A stretch of 63,413 bases of DNA, the filler included, from Folioceros fuciformis (Eukaryota), in assembly GCA_049999805.1 (NCBI GenBank). It is 6 parts of 5 records of this genome, joined end to end, with 100 filler letters (N's around TTAATTAATTAA, not from the genome) between each part and the next. Parts side by side here need not be neighbours in the genome. Positions count along the whole stretch, not along the records: positions 16,056 to 39,873 come from JBNGIO010006082.1; positions 39,974 to 50,476 come from JBNGIO010006083.1; 4 more parts are not named here. The stretch is one strand, 5' to 3'. Position numbers and translations under genes: made by a program. Within the stretch, counting starts at the first letter, position 1, and each line of letters opens with the position of its first letter. The notes under the pieces were generated by a model that was not told where the DNA came from, did no database searches, and saw nothing but the letters and a program-made list of their open reading frames with translations. Of the stretch, positions 38,421 to 47,986 are shown one piece after another.

Positions 38421-40072
38421 GAATCGGGTGATTTTTGGTTTGGATTGTTTTGTGCTGGAAAGTGTCCTCCTAAGCGGAATGCGCTTCTAGAACCTGTTTC
38501 CCAACAATGAAAGTAGATGGGCTCCTAAGGGACATGTGGATGGGTTGCAGGCCTTGCAGGGAAACCCATCGGATGGGGGATGGGTAACAGGGAAACCCCT
38601 TTGTCTAGCTTCATGGCTTGTCGTGTCGGAATTCACAACAGTGGAGTGTACGACAATGAATATTTGTTGTACCCAAATAACTCCAACTCCTCAATTCTAC
38701 CTTTTAGCACACAATCACCACACACACGCTATCCGGGCAGCGGGTCCTGACATGGTGCGTTTTCAGTTTTCCTGCACTGATTGCAGCCGGAGGTGGAGGC
38801 GGAGGCGGAGAAGAGGCCTTCCAGCTCGCCAGTTCACTGAACCCGTGACTCGTACGTACCAGGTGGGGAGGCTCGGGGGGCTAGGCTCGGAGAGCTAGGC
38901 TCGGAGGGCTAGGCTCGGGTCCAGGCTCGGCGACAATCACGGAAGATACGAGGAGTGAAATTTCTGGAGGCTCGGGCCGGCGGGATTACTGGAGGATGGC
39001 GACGTGGAGACATGAGGGGAGGGTATTTGGTGCGCCGCATCTTGTGGGAGGCTGGGCTTGTTCCAAGTACGGGACCGAGGTTCGCGGCCATCCAGGTTCG
39101 GAGATTCAGGTTCGGCAGTGCGGTCTGGCGCGGGACGAGATGACGCGCTCAGAGCCTTCCATTCTGCGCAGCTCCTCAGAGCCTCACAACAGCCATCCGA
39201 GCTCGACTGCCCTTGCTTTTATTCCGTCTGCGCCACATTAGGACTTGCATTACACGCCCGCGCCGGATCTGAAGCTGCTGCATTGTTGGTTTGAGTGTTG
39301 TTGTGGAAGAACGGGGACTTGAAGGGGGAGGGAAGTAAGGCAAGACGTTTTGGTAAGCCTAATTTGTCTGCCTCTGCCCGCCGGTTGTGGTGCTGTGGTT
39401 CTTGTTCCTCGTTGATGCTTGCTGCAAATTGCGCTCTGGTGATTGAATGTTGCCTGTGTCTACGGTTGTGGTTACAGTTGTTCCTCCTGCTTCCTACACG
39501 GTCCGAGTCTGGTTGCACGTGGTGAATTGGGACTGAAAGTCTGTGCCTGATCGGCCTTGTCACTGCCTTTTGAGGTGTGGAGGACGGGTTTGGAAGAACG
39601 AAGGATTGTTATGTATTTTGCCGCCTAGTTGCGGCGCTGTGGTTTCACGAAGTGAATTGGCGAGTGGAAGGCTAGGTCTTTCGTGTTCTTCGCTTAGTGG
39701 AACTGGTTTGGTGTGGTTTAATTGTGAGTGCACTGCGCCGGAGTCTTCGCTCGTTAGTGAGGTTGATCGGTGAGTTTGTGACTTGATCTGGTTTTGGCGC
39801 CCTAAGCAAATGATTGTCGTTGTGCAGGGTTAGGAGATATTACGTGTTGCAGAAATGGCTTATTCCGTTGTCTNNNNNNNNNNNNNNNNNNNNNNNNNNN
39901 NNNNNNNNNNNNNNNNNTTAATTAATTAANNNNNNNNNNNNNNNNNNNNNNNNNNNNNNNNNNNNNNNNNNNNGGAGACGGTGCCTGGAGAGGAGCAGCA
40001 ACAAGGGAACTTAGGTTCCCACCCCCCCCCCCCCCCCAGATAAGCGTTCAGATCCAGCTGCGGTAGCTAGAG

Positions 40073-43000
40073 TCATGACACTGAGTCGAAGTAGGCAGAG
40101 TAATCCTGCAGGCCGAGTCCCGTCATGTGCGTATAGTGCTTGAGCTTAGGGAGCGGCTTGGTGAAGATGTCGGCAGTGTTCAGCTCGGTATCGACATAAC
40201 CAACCCTCACCACGCCACGTGCAGATACATCTCGGATATAATGGTGTTGTATTTCGATATGCTTCGTGCGAGCATGATACCGGGGATTGGCAACAAGGTC
40301 AAGAGCACCAGTATTGTCGCAGAGGATAGGAGTGGGAGAAAGTTGAGGATGACCAAGATCAGCCAGAAATTGTCGAGCCCACTCTGCCTCCTTGGAGGCT
40401 TCTGTAAGAGATTTGTATTCAGCCTCCGTCGAGGACAGGGCTATTGTCGTTTGTTTCCTGCAGCTCCAACTCGCAGATGCATTGGCCAGCAAGAAATAGT
40501 AGGTTGACAAACTGCGACGTCCATCACTGTCCGAACCCCAGTCTGCATCCGTGAAACCAGAGAGATGGAATGTGCCTGTACCACTCCGTTTGTAGAATAA
40601 CCCATAGGTGTGAGTGCCCTGCAGGTAACGGAAAATTCGCTTTACGGCGACCCAATGAGGGCGTCCAGGGTTTTCCATAAATTGGGAAGCGGTGCTCACT
40701 GCATACTGTATGTCGGGGCGAGTCCAATTTGCCACAAACAAGAGACTGCCAACAGCATGCCTGTAAGGGACATCTGCCATATCCTGTTTTGCTTCAGTGG
40801 TGGTAGGATATTGAGAAAGCGTCAATTTGATGCCCACAGCTGAAGGTGTAACAGCTGGGCGAGCTTGATCCATCTTAAACTTATGCAGGATCTCACGGAT
40901 ATATTTGTGCTGATGGATAATGAGTAGCCCTTCTTCACGAACGCGGAGGATCTGTATCCCTAAACAGAATTTTAGATCGCCTATGTCCTTCATTTCAAAT
41001 CTGTCGCTGAGCATCTGCTTGACTTCTGCTAACAATGCTTTGCTGTTCGTGACCAGGATAACATCATCGACATATAAGGCAACGATGACGAAGGCAGTGC
41101 CCCTGGTCAATCTGTAAACATTTGTATCTGCAGCACTTTGGACAAACGACAGGCCTAGCAGGTAAACATGAATGGTGAAATACCAAACCCGTCCAGACTG
41201 TTTAAGTCCGTAAATGCATTTCAGCAGTTTAAGGACCTTCTTAGGATGCTGTTTGCTAACATACCCTTCCGGTTGTTGCATGTACAGTTCTTCATCTAAA
41301 GAGCCATAGAGATATGCTGTGCAGACATCCATCTGCCATAAGTCCAAGTCAAATTCTGCAGCCAGAGCCAGTAGCATGCGAATAGATTGAGACCGAACAA
41401 CAGGAGAAAATGTCTCCTGATAGTCCAGACCCTCCACCTGGGTAAAACCACGGGCCACAAGACGGGCCTTATACCTGGCAATCTTGCCCTCAGCATTCAA
41501 TTTATGTTTGAAGACCCATTTGCATGAAATGGGTTTGCGGCCAGGTGGCAAGTCCACAAGAGTCCAAGTTTTATTTTTAATCAATGACTGGTACTCGTCC
41601 TCAACAGCCGCATACCATTGCTTGCTATCAGGTCCGTTGTAAGCCTCAACCAAGGTGCGTGGCTCATCTGGTATGGCTGATGGAGCAGTGTGAGTAGTAG
41701 CTGGGGCTGCCCGGTGACGAAAGTCAATAGACTGATAGCGTGGTTCGGCCCATTGATCAGGTGGTGGTCGGTGGCGTTCTGAGCGGCGAGGAGCAACTTC
41801 TTCAGGATCACGGGTAATCTCAACGGGAGGGACTATTGGTAGTTGGACGTCCTCATGTATGTCTTCATCCGCGATGAAGTCTGAGTCGTGCTCATCGGCT
41901 ACTACTGGGAAGTCCTCGTCAGCCTGAGCAGGGGAAGAAGGGGCATTTAGGGCTGCAGGATCCGGGGCCGCCTGAATTTCTAATGCAGCGAGTGGTTCCG
42001 TTGCAGGAGGGTCAGCAGGCAGTGCGTCAGTCTCCACAGCGGCATCCAAAAGTCTCACAGCCGGTTCGGTGTCTTGAGGATACATGTGGTGGGTAACCTG
42101 GTCTTCAGGCACAGGGTACGTAGTAGCTCCCTCTGTCTCCTCAGGGACAGCCGTAACTCCCTCTGTCTGTGGAGCTTGAGCAAGCAATGGAGAGTGAGGT
42201 TCGATGAAGGTGACACTGCGTGCAAGGAACATCTTCCTTGTAGTTGGGTCATACAGCCGATATGCCTTGGCCTGCTCACTATACCCCACAAAAACTAGGG
42301 CTTGAGCTCGTGGGTCTAACTTCTGGCGTTTCTTTGCAGGAATGAAAGCATACGCACGAGAGCCAAAAACTCGTAAGTGCAGCAGGCTGGGTTTCTTCTT
42401 ATGGAGGGCCTCATAAGGAGTCTGGTTCGGGATAGAGCTCGTAAGAATTCTGTTCAGAACATACGTCGCAGCAGAGATGGCCTCTGCCCAGTACACTTGA
42501 GGTAGACCCGACCAGAGTAACATGCTCCGCGTCATAGAGAGCAAAGACTGGTTTTTCCTCTCCGAGACCCCGTTCTGCTGGGGTGTATAAGGAACAGTCA
42601 ACTGTCGCTGGATCCCCTCCGCAGCAAGGTATGCATCAAAAGCATCATTGACGAATTCACCCCCGTTATCAGTACGCAGGTACTTCAATAACAAACCTGT
42701 CTGACGTTGCACTGCAGGGAGCCATTCCTTGAAGATTTCAAGAACGTCACTCTTTCTCTGCATGGGAAACGTCCAGGTATATCGGCTGTAGTCGTCCGTC
42801 AAGGTGAGATAGTAATTGGAACCACCGATTGAGGGCACTTGTATCCGTCCGGAGATGTCCGCATGGACCAGACCTAGAACAAAGGTGGCTCTGTAAGCAG
42901 GCGCGAAAGGAAAAGGGTGCTCCTTTTGTTTGGCTATTATGCATGCCTCGCAGGATGGTAAGTCCTTAAAACAGCGGGGAAGTGGTTCCCTAAAACACTG

Positions 43001-44629
43001 TTTAACAGACATGTCCAACAATTTCTGTTTGTTGGGATGTCCCAGTCTCGCATGCCATAACATAGCCAACTGTTTGGTGTCCATATTAGCTAATCCAGTA
43101 CTGTGGACTGTGGCAGTCTTAACGGGTAAGAGGTCAAGGCAATACAGATCATCTTCAAGGAAACCCTGGAAGATAGAAATGTCGGGCGCTGCCTTCCTGT
43201 AGAAGGTGCACGTATCACCGGTGGCTCTCATTTCAATCGTCCGTAGCTTGAGAAGCTGGCTCATGGACAACAGATTTTTAGCCATGTCAGGTACGTACAA
43301 AACGCGTTCAAGGGTAAGATCTGAACCGTCCTTCAGTCTGAAAGTAACTTTGCCTTGTCCCTTAACTTGCAGGCTGCTGTCAAGTTGTTCATCTCCTAGA
43401 AACACCTTGTCGTTCTCACAACATAAGGTCAGTGAGATGAAATGAGTCTTGTTCCGATAGATATGAGCCGTGGCACCGGAATCAAGGTACCAGCTTTCCA
43501 TGTCCAGACAAGAACTTGTCAAGCAAACTGTAAGTATCTTGACCACATTTTTAGTGTCGCTGGATTTCTCCTTAACGACACTAGCCGAATTCTTAGGAGT
43601 TCGCTGCGGCTCACCAGCCCTCTTTTTCTTGCACTCACGGGCCCAGTGCCCAGCAATCCCGCACCAGTTACAAGTCCCTGTCCGCTTAGGTGGGTTACCA
43701 GAACTGGAATCAGACTTCAGGGTACCCTGAAACTTACCCTTGCCTCTGTTAGGTGTATGCCTTGCCGACAGAATTTTGTCTCCCTTGGAGCGTGAGCCCC
43801 CAGATGAGTGACTCCTGGCTTGTTCCTCCTGAAACAGTGCTCCGATGAGGGTGTCGACTGTATAGGTGGAGGTCCGGCCAGCTGAGGCAGTCAGGTAGGG
43901 AATATTCTGCGTAGTGATGAAGCCTTGGTACGACGGTGGCAACGTTGTGAGGAGGTGAGCGGCTGCATCCAACTCATCCATTTTCGTACCCATGCTCAAG
44001 AGTTGAGATCGGAGTTGACGAAACTTGGTGATGTGAGCAGCCATCTTCTCCCCCTCTCTCATCTTCAACGTGTAAAATTCCTGTCTTACAGCACAGAGGG
44101 ACATCAAATTTTTGACTTGATATGTACTCGCGAGCTGATCCCAAACTTGATGTGCTCGTGTGTGGAATTCCACTGTAGGTACAAGGTCTTCATCAAGGCC
44201 ATTTATCAAGAAAGCAAGAGCGATAGAGTTGAGGGACTGCCAACGCTCCACAGCAAGTGCGGATGGGGGAGGACTGCTGTTGGGGTCCGGCTCCGGAACT
44301 GACTGGTCCACAACCCCCCAAACTCCTCGAGCCTCGAGAGCAGATCGCATGCGCACCTTCCATACTGGGTATTTGGTGCCGTTAAAGCGGTCTTTCTCTT
44401 TCATGTCTGAGGTAAAGGTGGGGAGAGGTGCTGACCGATGCCAAACCGGGTTTGCAGGAAGGGGTGGTGGAGGAGGAGGTGGAGGAGGCGGTTGTGTGGG
44501 ATTGGTACCCATCTGTGGTACTAACACTAGCGCGTGCAACTGGGCAGAGAGTTGATCCACCAAGGAATCTAGAAAACCAGGGTGAGGAGGGTCGCTGCCG
44601 ACGTCAGAGGACGCAGAGCTGTCTGTCAT
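40073..44629 (-). CDS. Intact Ty1/Copia gag-pol polyprotein (element E1)
   Basis: Uninterrupted ~1518 aa: Zn knuckle CNWCGIAGHWAREC, protease YLDSGA, integrase WHARLGH / TDDYSR / RTDNGGEF / NGVSER, RT YVDD, RNase H TDADW..EAEY..CDN..ADIFTK, in Copia domain order. Confidence 0.97.
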   Translation of the reverse strand: MTDSSASSDVGSDPPHPGFLDSLVDQLSAQLHALVLVPQMGTNPTQPPPPPPPPPPLPANPVWHRSAPLPTFTSDMKEKDRFNGTKYPVWKVRMRSALEARGVWGVVDQSVPEPDPNSSPPPSALAVERWQSLNSIALAFLINGLDEDLVPTVEFHTRAHQVWDQLASTYQVKNLMSLCAVRQEFYTLKMREGEKMAAHITKFRQLRSQLLSMGTKMDELDAAAHLLTTLPPSYQGFITTQNIPYLTASAGRTSTYTVDTLIGALFQEEQARSHSSGGSRSKGDKILSARHTPNRGKGKFQGTLKSDSSSGNPPKRTGTCNWCGIAGHWARECKKKRAGEPQRTPKNSASVVKEKSSDTKNVVKILTVCLTSSCLDMESWYLDSGATAHIYRNKTHFISLTLCCENDKVFLGDEQLDSSLQVKGQGKVTFRLKDGSDLTLERVLYVPDMAKNLLSMSQLLKLRTIEMRATGDTCTFYRKAAPDISIFQGFLEDDLYCLDLLPVKTATVHSTGLANMDTKQLAMLWHARLGHPNKQKLLDMSVKQCFREPLPRCFKDLPSCEACIIAKQKEHPFPFAPAYRATFVLGLVHADISGRIQVPSIGGSNYYLTLTDDYSRYTWTFPMQRKSDVLEIFKEWLPAVQRQTGLLLKYLRTDNGGEFVNDAFDAYLAAEGIQRQLTVPYTPQQNGVSERKNQSLLSMTRSMLLWSGLPQVYWAEAISAATYVLNRILTSSIPNQTPYEALHKKKPSLLHLRVFGSRAYAFIPAKKRQKLDPRAQALVFVGYSEQAKAYRLYDPTTRKMFLARSVTFIEPHSPLLAQAPQTEGVTAVPEETEGATTYPVPEDQVTHHMYPQDTEPAVRLLDAAVETDALPADPPATEPLAALEIQAAPDPAALNAPSSPAQADEDFPVVADEHDSDFIADEDIHEDVQLPIVPPVEITRDPEEVAPRRSERHRPPPDQWAEPRYQSIDFRHRAAPATTHTAPSAIPDEPRTLVEAYNGPDSKQWYAAVEDEYQSLIKNKTWTLVDLPPGRKPISCKWVFKHKLNAEGKIARYKARLVARGFTQVEGLDYQETFSPVVRSQSIRMLLALAAEFDLDLWQMDVCTAYLYGSLDEELYMQQPEGYVSKQHPKKVLKLLKCIYGLKQSGRVWYFTIHVYLLGLSFVQSAADTNVYRLTRGTAFVIVALYVDDVILVTNSKALLAEVKQMLSDRFEMKDIGDLKFCLGIQILRVREEGLLIIHQHKYIREILHKFKMDQARPAVTPSAVGIKLTLSQYPTTTEAKQDMADVPYRHAVGSLLFVANWTRPDIQYAVSTASQFMENPGRPHWVAVKRIFRYLQGTHTYGLFYKRSGTGTFHLSGFTDADWGSDSDGRRSLSTYYFLLANASASWSCRKQTTIALSSTEAEYKSLTEASKEAEWARQFLADLGHPQLSPTPILCDNTGALDLVANPRYHARTKHIEIQHHYIRDVSARGVVRVGYVDTELNTADIFTKPLPKLKHYTHMTGLGLQDYSAYFDSVS

Positions 44630-45015
44630 ACGCAACGATTCCCTTCTGGAGGTGACGACCTACGGAAGGAAAGAGGGTATGTGTAACACTACACTATTGA
44701 TTGTAGTGCGCTAACCAGTGGGATTGCAAGGGAGGGTGCTGTCCAGGCACACAGGGAGGACCAGACAACTAGCAGGAGTTGGCTGGCTCGTCGTGTGTGG
44801 CTGGACGGCTCCTTCCTCAGTAATCCCGCCTTCCAGTTAGGTACTGTCTGTTGGCTTAGGGGCAACGCCAACCGACAGCGACTCTGTACCCGGTGGTGCG
44901 CGGCCTTCAGATCTCGCTCTCACACCTTCGGCAACGTGGACGCGCCGTTCCGCCAGCCGTCCTCACATGCCGAATAGTCGCGGGAGCAAACGCGGCGCTT
45001 CGCACCTCCCGGCTC

Positions 45016-45582
45016 TCAGGCAGCGGAATGTGGATGATCGGGAAGCACTGATGCCTGCGGGATGCCGTCAGCAATCTCCAATCTCAGCAGGTAATCAGTG
45101 AATTCCTTGATCTTCGTCGTCAATTGCTCAGCCAAATGCTTCATTTCATTGACGAGAATTCTTGTATGGCTGTGGTCTGTGGAGGTACAGGTCTCATGGA
45201 TGGGAAAGTTGAGTTGGCGGGGGACCGCGCTGCAGTGAAGGCCTTGCACAGGGTCTCCGCCTACGTAATTTGACGGATTGCCTGGAAGGACCTCCCTGGG
45301 TGCTGCGCAGAAGGAATCCGGGGCAAAAGGAGTGTAAGATTGCCGATGCCGCCTGCCTTTCCTCTGATTCCCAGAAATTTGGTCTTGCCGGTAGAATCGC
45401 CGAAGTAATTCAGCACGCTCCCGGTCTTGTGACCAGTAGGGATCGTGACCTGTTCCTCCCGCCAGATAGTATGCCAGGGCGTTAATTTCAGCCGGGACCG
45501 TCTTGGGAAATTGGCGCTGATTATCGCACTTGTAGAAATGCGATCCGCGCCCCTGATTGACGGAACCGCCTCGCCGAGGCAT
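45016..45582 (-). CDS. ORF0: intact 188-aa extra ORF between the PBS and gag of E1
   Basis: ATG lies 38 nt after the PBS and the ORF starts MPRR. An equivalent ORF occupies the same position in sister elements. Confidence 0.65.
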   Translation of the reverse strand: MPRRGGSVNQGRGSHFYKCDNQRQFPKTVPAEINALAYYLAGGTGHDPYWSQDRERAELLRRFYRQDQISGNQRKGRRHRQSYTPFAPDSFCAAPREVLPGNPSNYVGGDPVQGLHCSAVPRQLNFPIHETCTSTDHSHTRILVNEMKHLAEQLTTKIKEFTDYLLRLEIADGIPQASVLPDHPHSAA

Positions 45583-45619
45583 ACTTAGCAACGAGAGAGG
45601 GACATCAGAACCAGAGAAA

Positions 45620-45814
45620 CTCTGATACCATATTAAGTTTGTAGACAGCGGGGAGCGAGAGCCGGAGGGCGAGAGGCATTAGCATACAAACTATCCAAAT
45701 GATTAAGTGTTGATAAAGAACAAAAAAGGATCTTTAAATATAGTTTCGAAGTACTATCCACAGAACCCTAACCTAGCCGGTTAGTTGACCAGTGTAGGGT
45801 TATCCCTTTCAACA
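45620..45814 (-). mobile_element. 5' LTR (45814-45631, about 184 bp) and tRNA-iMet PBS of E1
   Basis: Minus strand reads TGTTGAAAGGG...CTTAATA then TGGTATCAGAG. It abuts an interrupted older Copia ORF. Confidence 0.75.
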
Positions 45815-46465
45815 ATACCATACACAAGATAGAAGGTCAAGGAACAATTCAGCTCAATCTCGAGCCCAATCAATTTGGAGATATCAAATGTATTATATGT
45901 TCCAGGTTTGACAAAGAACCTTGTATCAACCCGGAAGATTGATGAATCCGGCTGTTATGCTTGTTTTGGTGGTGGCAAGTGTGTAGTTGAAACTGCAGAC
46001 GGCACACTTTTGGCCACTGGTCACCTGCAAGACGATGACCTCTATCACTTAGACCTCAAGAAGCAGCAGGCAAACTCAGTCTTAGCTCATTCTCACTTTG
46101 CCAAACCCTCACTTACTTACTTGTGGCATTTGCATCTTGGCCACATGAATTTTCAAAAACTCGTGAAGATGTATTAGGAGCATCTAGTTGCTGGGGTCAC
46201 TTTGGATAACTTGGATGACTTTGGCGTCTGTGAGGCATGTATTCTTGGTAAGCATAAACGAGCCCCGTTTCCTATAGAAGCAGCCACAAGAGCTACTGAA
46301 GTGTTAGGACTTGTGCATAACGATATTTGTGGCCCCTAACCTAAATCTATTGGTGGCAAGGAGTATTATCTGACCTTTATAGATGACTTCACGCGTTTTT
46401 GTGTACTCTATCTCCTGAAGCGCAAGTTTGACACCTTTGGCTGCTTCCTGGAGTTCAAGGCATGG
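45815..46465 (+). mobile_element. Older Copia protease-integrase fragment, cut on both sides by younger insertions
   Basis: NVLYVPGLTKNLVS, LWHLHLGH, CEACILGK, LVHNDICGP, FIDDFTR, with stops. Confidence 0.9.
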
Positions 46466-47745
46466 TGTGGGGGAAAATATTGCACCCGTGGGTGTTGCGA
46501 GGTCCACACAAACCCTCTTTGTCGTTATAGCACTAGGATTCGATCCCAAGGGAATGATTTGTGTCAAATAACACAGGTTTCTTCTAAAAGACAGTTACTA
46601 CCTAGGTTGGACTTCAACTACCTAGCTCCACTACCTACAGGTTCAACTACCCCTACCTTTGTCCCTGAACTACCTGACAGACCTACTCGGCTACTAGGGT
46701 GGGGGTCTCTACAACTACCGACCCTTCAACTACCGAGGTAGGGGCTCAACTACCGGTAGCCGCTTCGGCTACCTCCGTCGTCTTTTAACTACCGGTAGCC
46801 GCTTCGGCCATCTCCGTGGTGGGTCCCACTTTCTCTCTCCTTCTCTTTCTCTCTCTATTTCGCTCCTTCTCTCTCCTCTACCTCGTGGTTACCCTCTAAT
46901 ACTTACTTTACTAGTCCTTGCCTTTCAAACCGCCAGCAACTTACCTCCAGTCGCGCTCACCTACGTACTCATAGACCTCCGCCCTTGCTTGTCAACCCTC
47001 CAGCGCCTCGTCCGAAACGCACCAGCGTCCATCATACACACATCGGCCCTCAGAGAATCGCGAGGGGCCTTTTGGTTGTACAGTTCCCAATCTATTCACG
47101 TAACCCCCAAGCCCGAACTCAGGTCGTTTTGCTCTTGATTGCCTTTCAGCTACACAAGCGCCCAGGTCTTGTCGGTGTTCGATCTTTCCAACTCGACTAC
47201 TCCTCTTTCATGGTTCCCCTTTCTCTCACACTTCCGGCACACGCCCTTGGTTCGCAGCGCCTCTCCGCGACGCCTCCAACATTTCCTGTTTTTATTATAG
47301 TGTCTAGTCTCTTTCACCCTCACAGGGATCTCGGCAGCTTCCACCATGTAGCCATCTCGTGTTTCTGCCACCACTCTTCTCCTCTCACACACACTCCAAT
47401 TGCGTGGTCCTGTCCTGACGACCGCTCAACATCTCGCACTCACACTCGCTTCCTCCCTTGATCCCGCTTCATCGCTTGTTTACATTTTCTCGACTCCATA
47501 CTTAGTCCTGCCTCTCCGGGCCTTCCCCTATGGAATGAAGGAATGCTGAAACACTGGGGCTTCGGGAAGGGATACCCACTTCTACTCCGAACTCACGGAT
47601 TCGGCCCCGACGTCCTCACCACTCCATGTGATCACCCCTAGGATAGCAAGGGAGCTCGTCTCCCACTCGGTGAGGTTCCACCTCCCGATTCGTCCCTTGG
47701 CTCGATCGTGGAGCGTCCACCACCTGCACCCACACCCCCAGGTTG
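46466..47745 (-). mobile_element. 3' LTR (47734-46466, about 1.27 kb) and PPT of a probable Ty3/Gypsy element
   Basis: Inverted termini TGTGGG...CCCACA, preceded on the minus strand by CAACCTGGGGG. It interrupts the Copia integrase exactly at 46466. Gypsy is inferred from LTR size and style; pol is not visible. Confidence 0.7.
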
Positions 47746-47986
47746 CTACGTGCGCGCGCTTGCCTAGACTTCCTGTCCGGCAACGGCCATCGCTAGACTC
47801 CTGCAAGGTTGGGTGGTTGGGCTGATTTTTACTAATTTTCCAGGCCTCAAGCTGGCCTCTTATACACGATGGTGGCGGTCTTTCCGCTATAAAGTCTGTC
47901 AGGGATCTGTCGGCGCTCTTAAATTCCAAGCGGCTCCAGTCCATGTAAAAGCATTAAAAAAAAAATGCTATCCTAGCCTGCAATTA

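Noticed and set aside
39200-39873. Possible 5' UTR exon, intron and start (MAYSVV) of another gene
   Set aside because: Only six codons precede the gap, so it cannot be supported or named.
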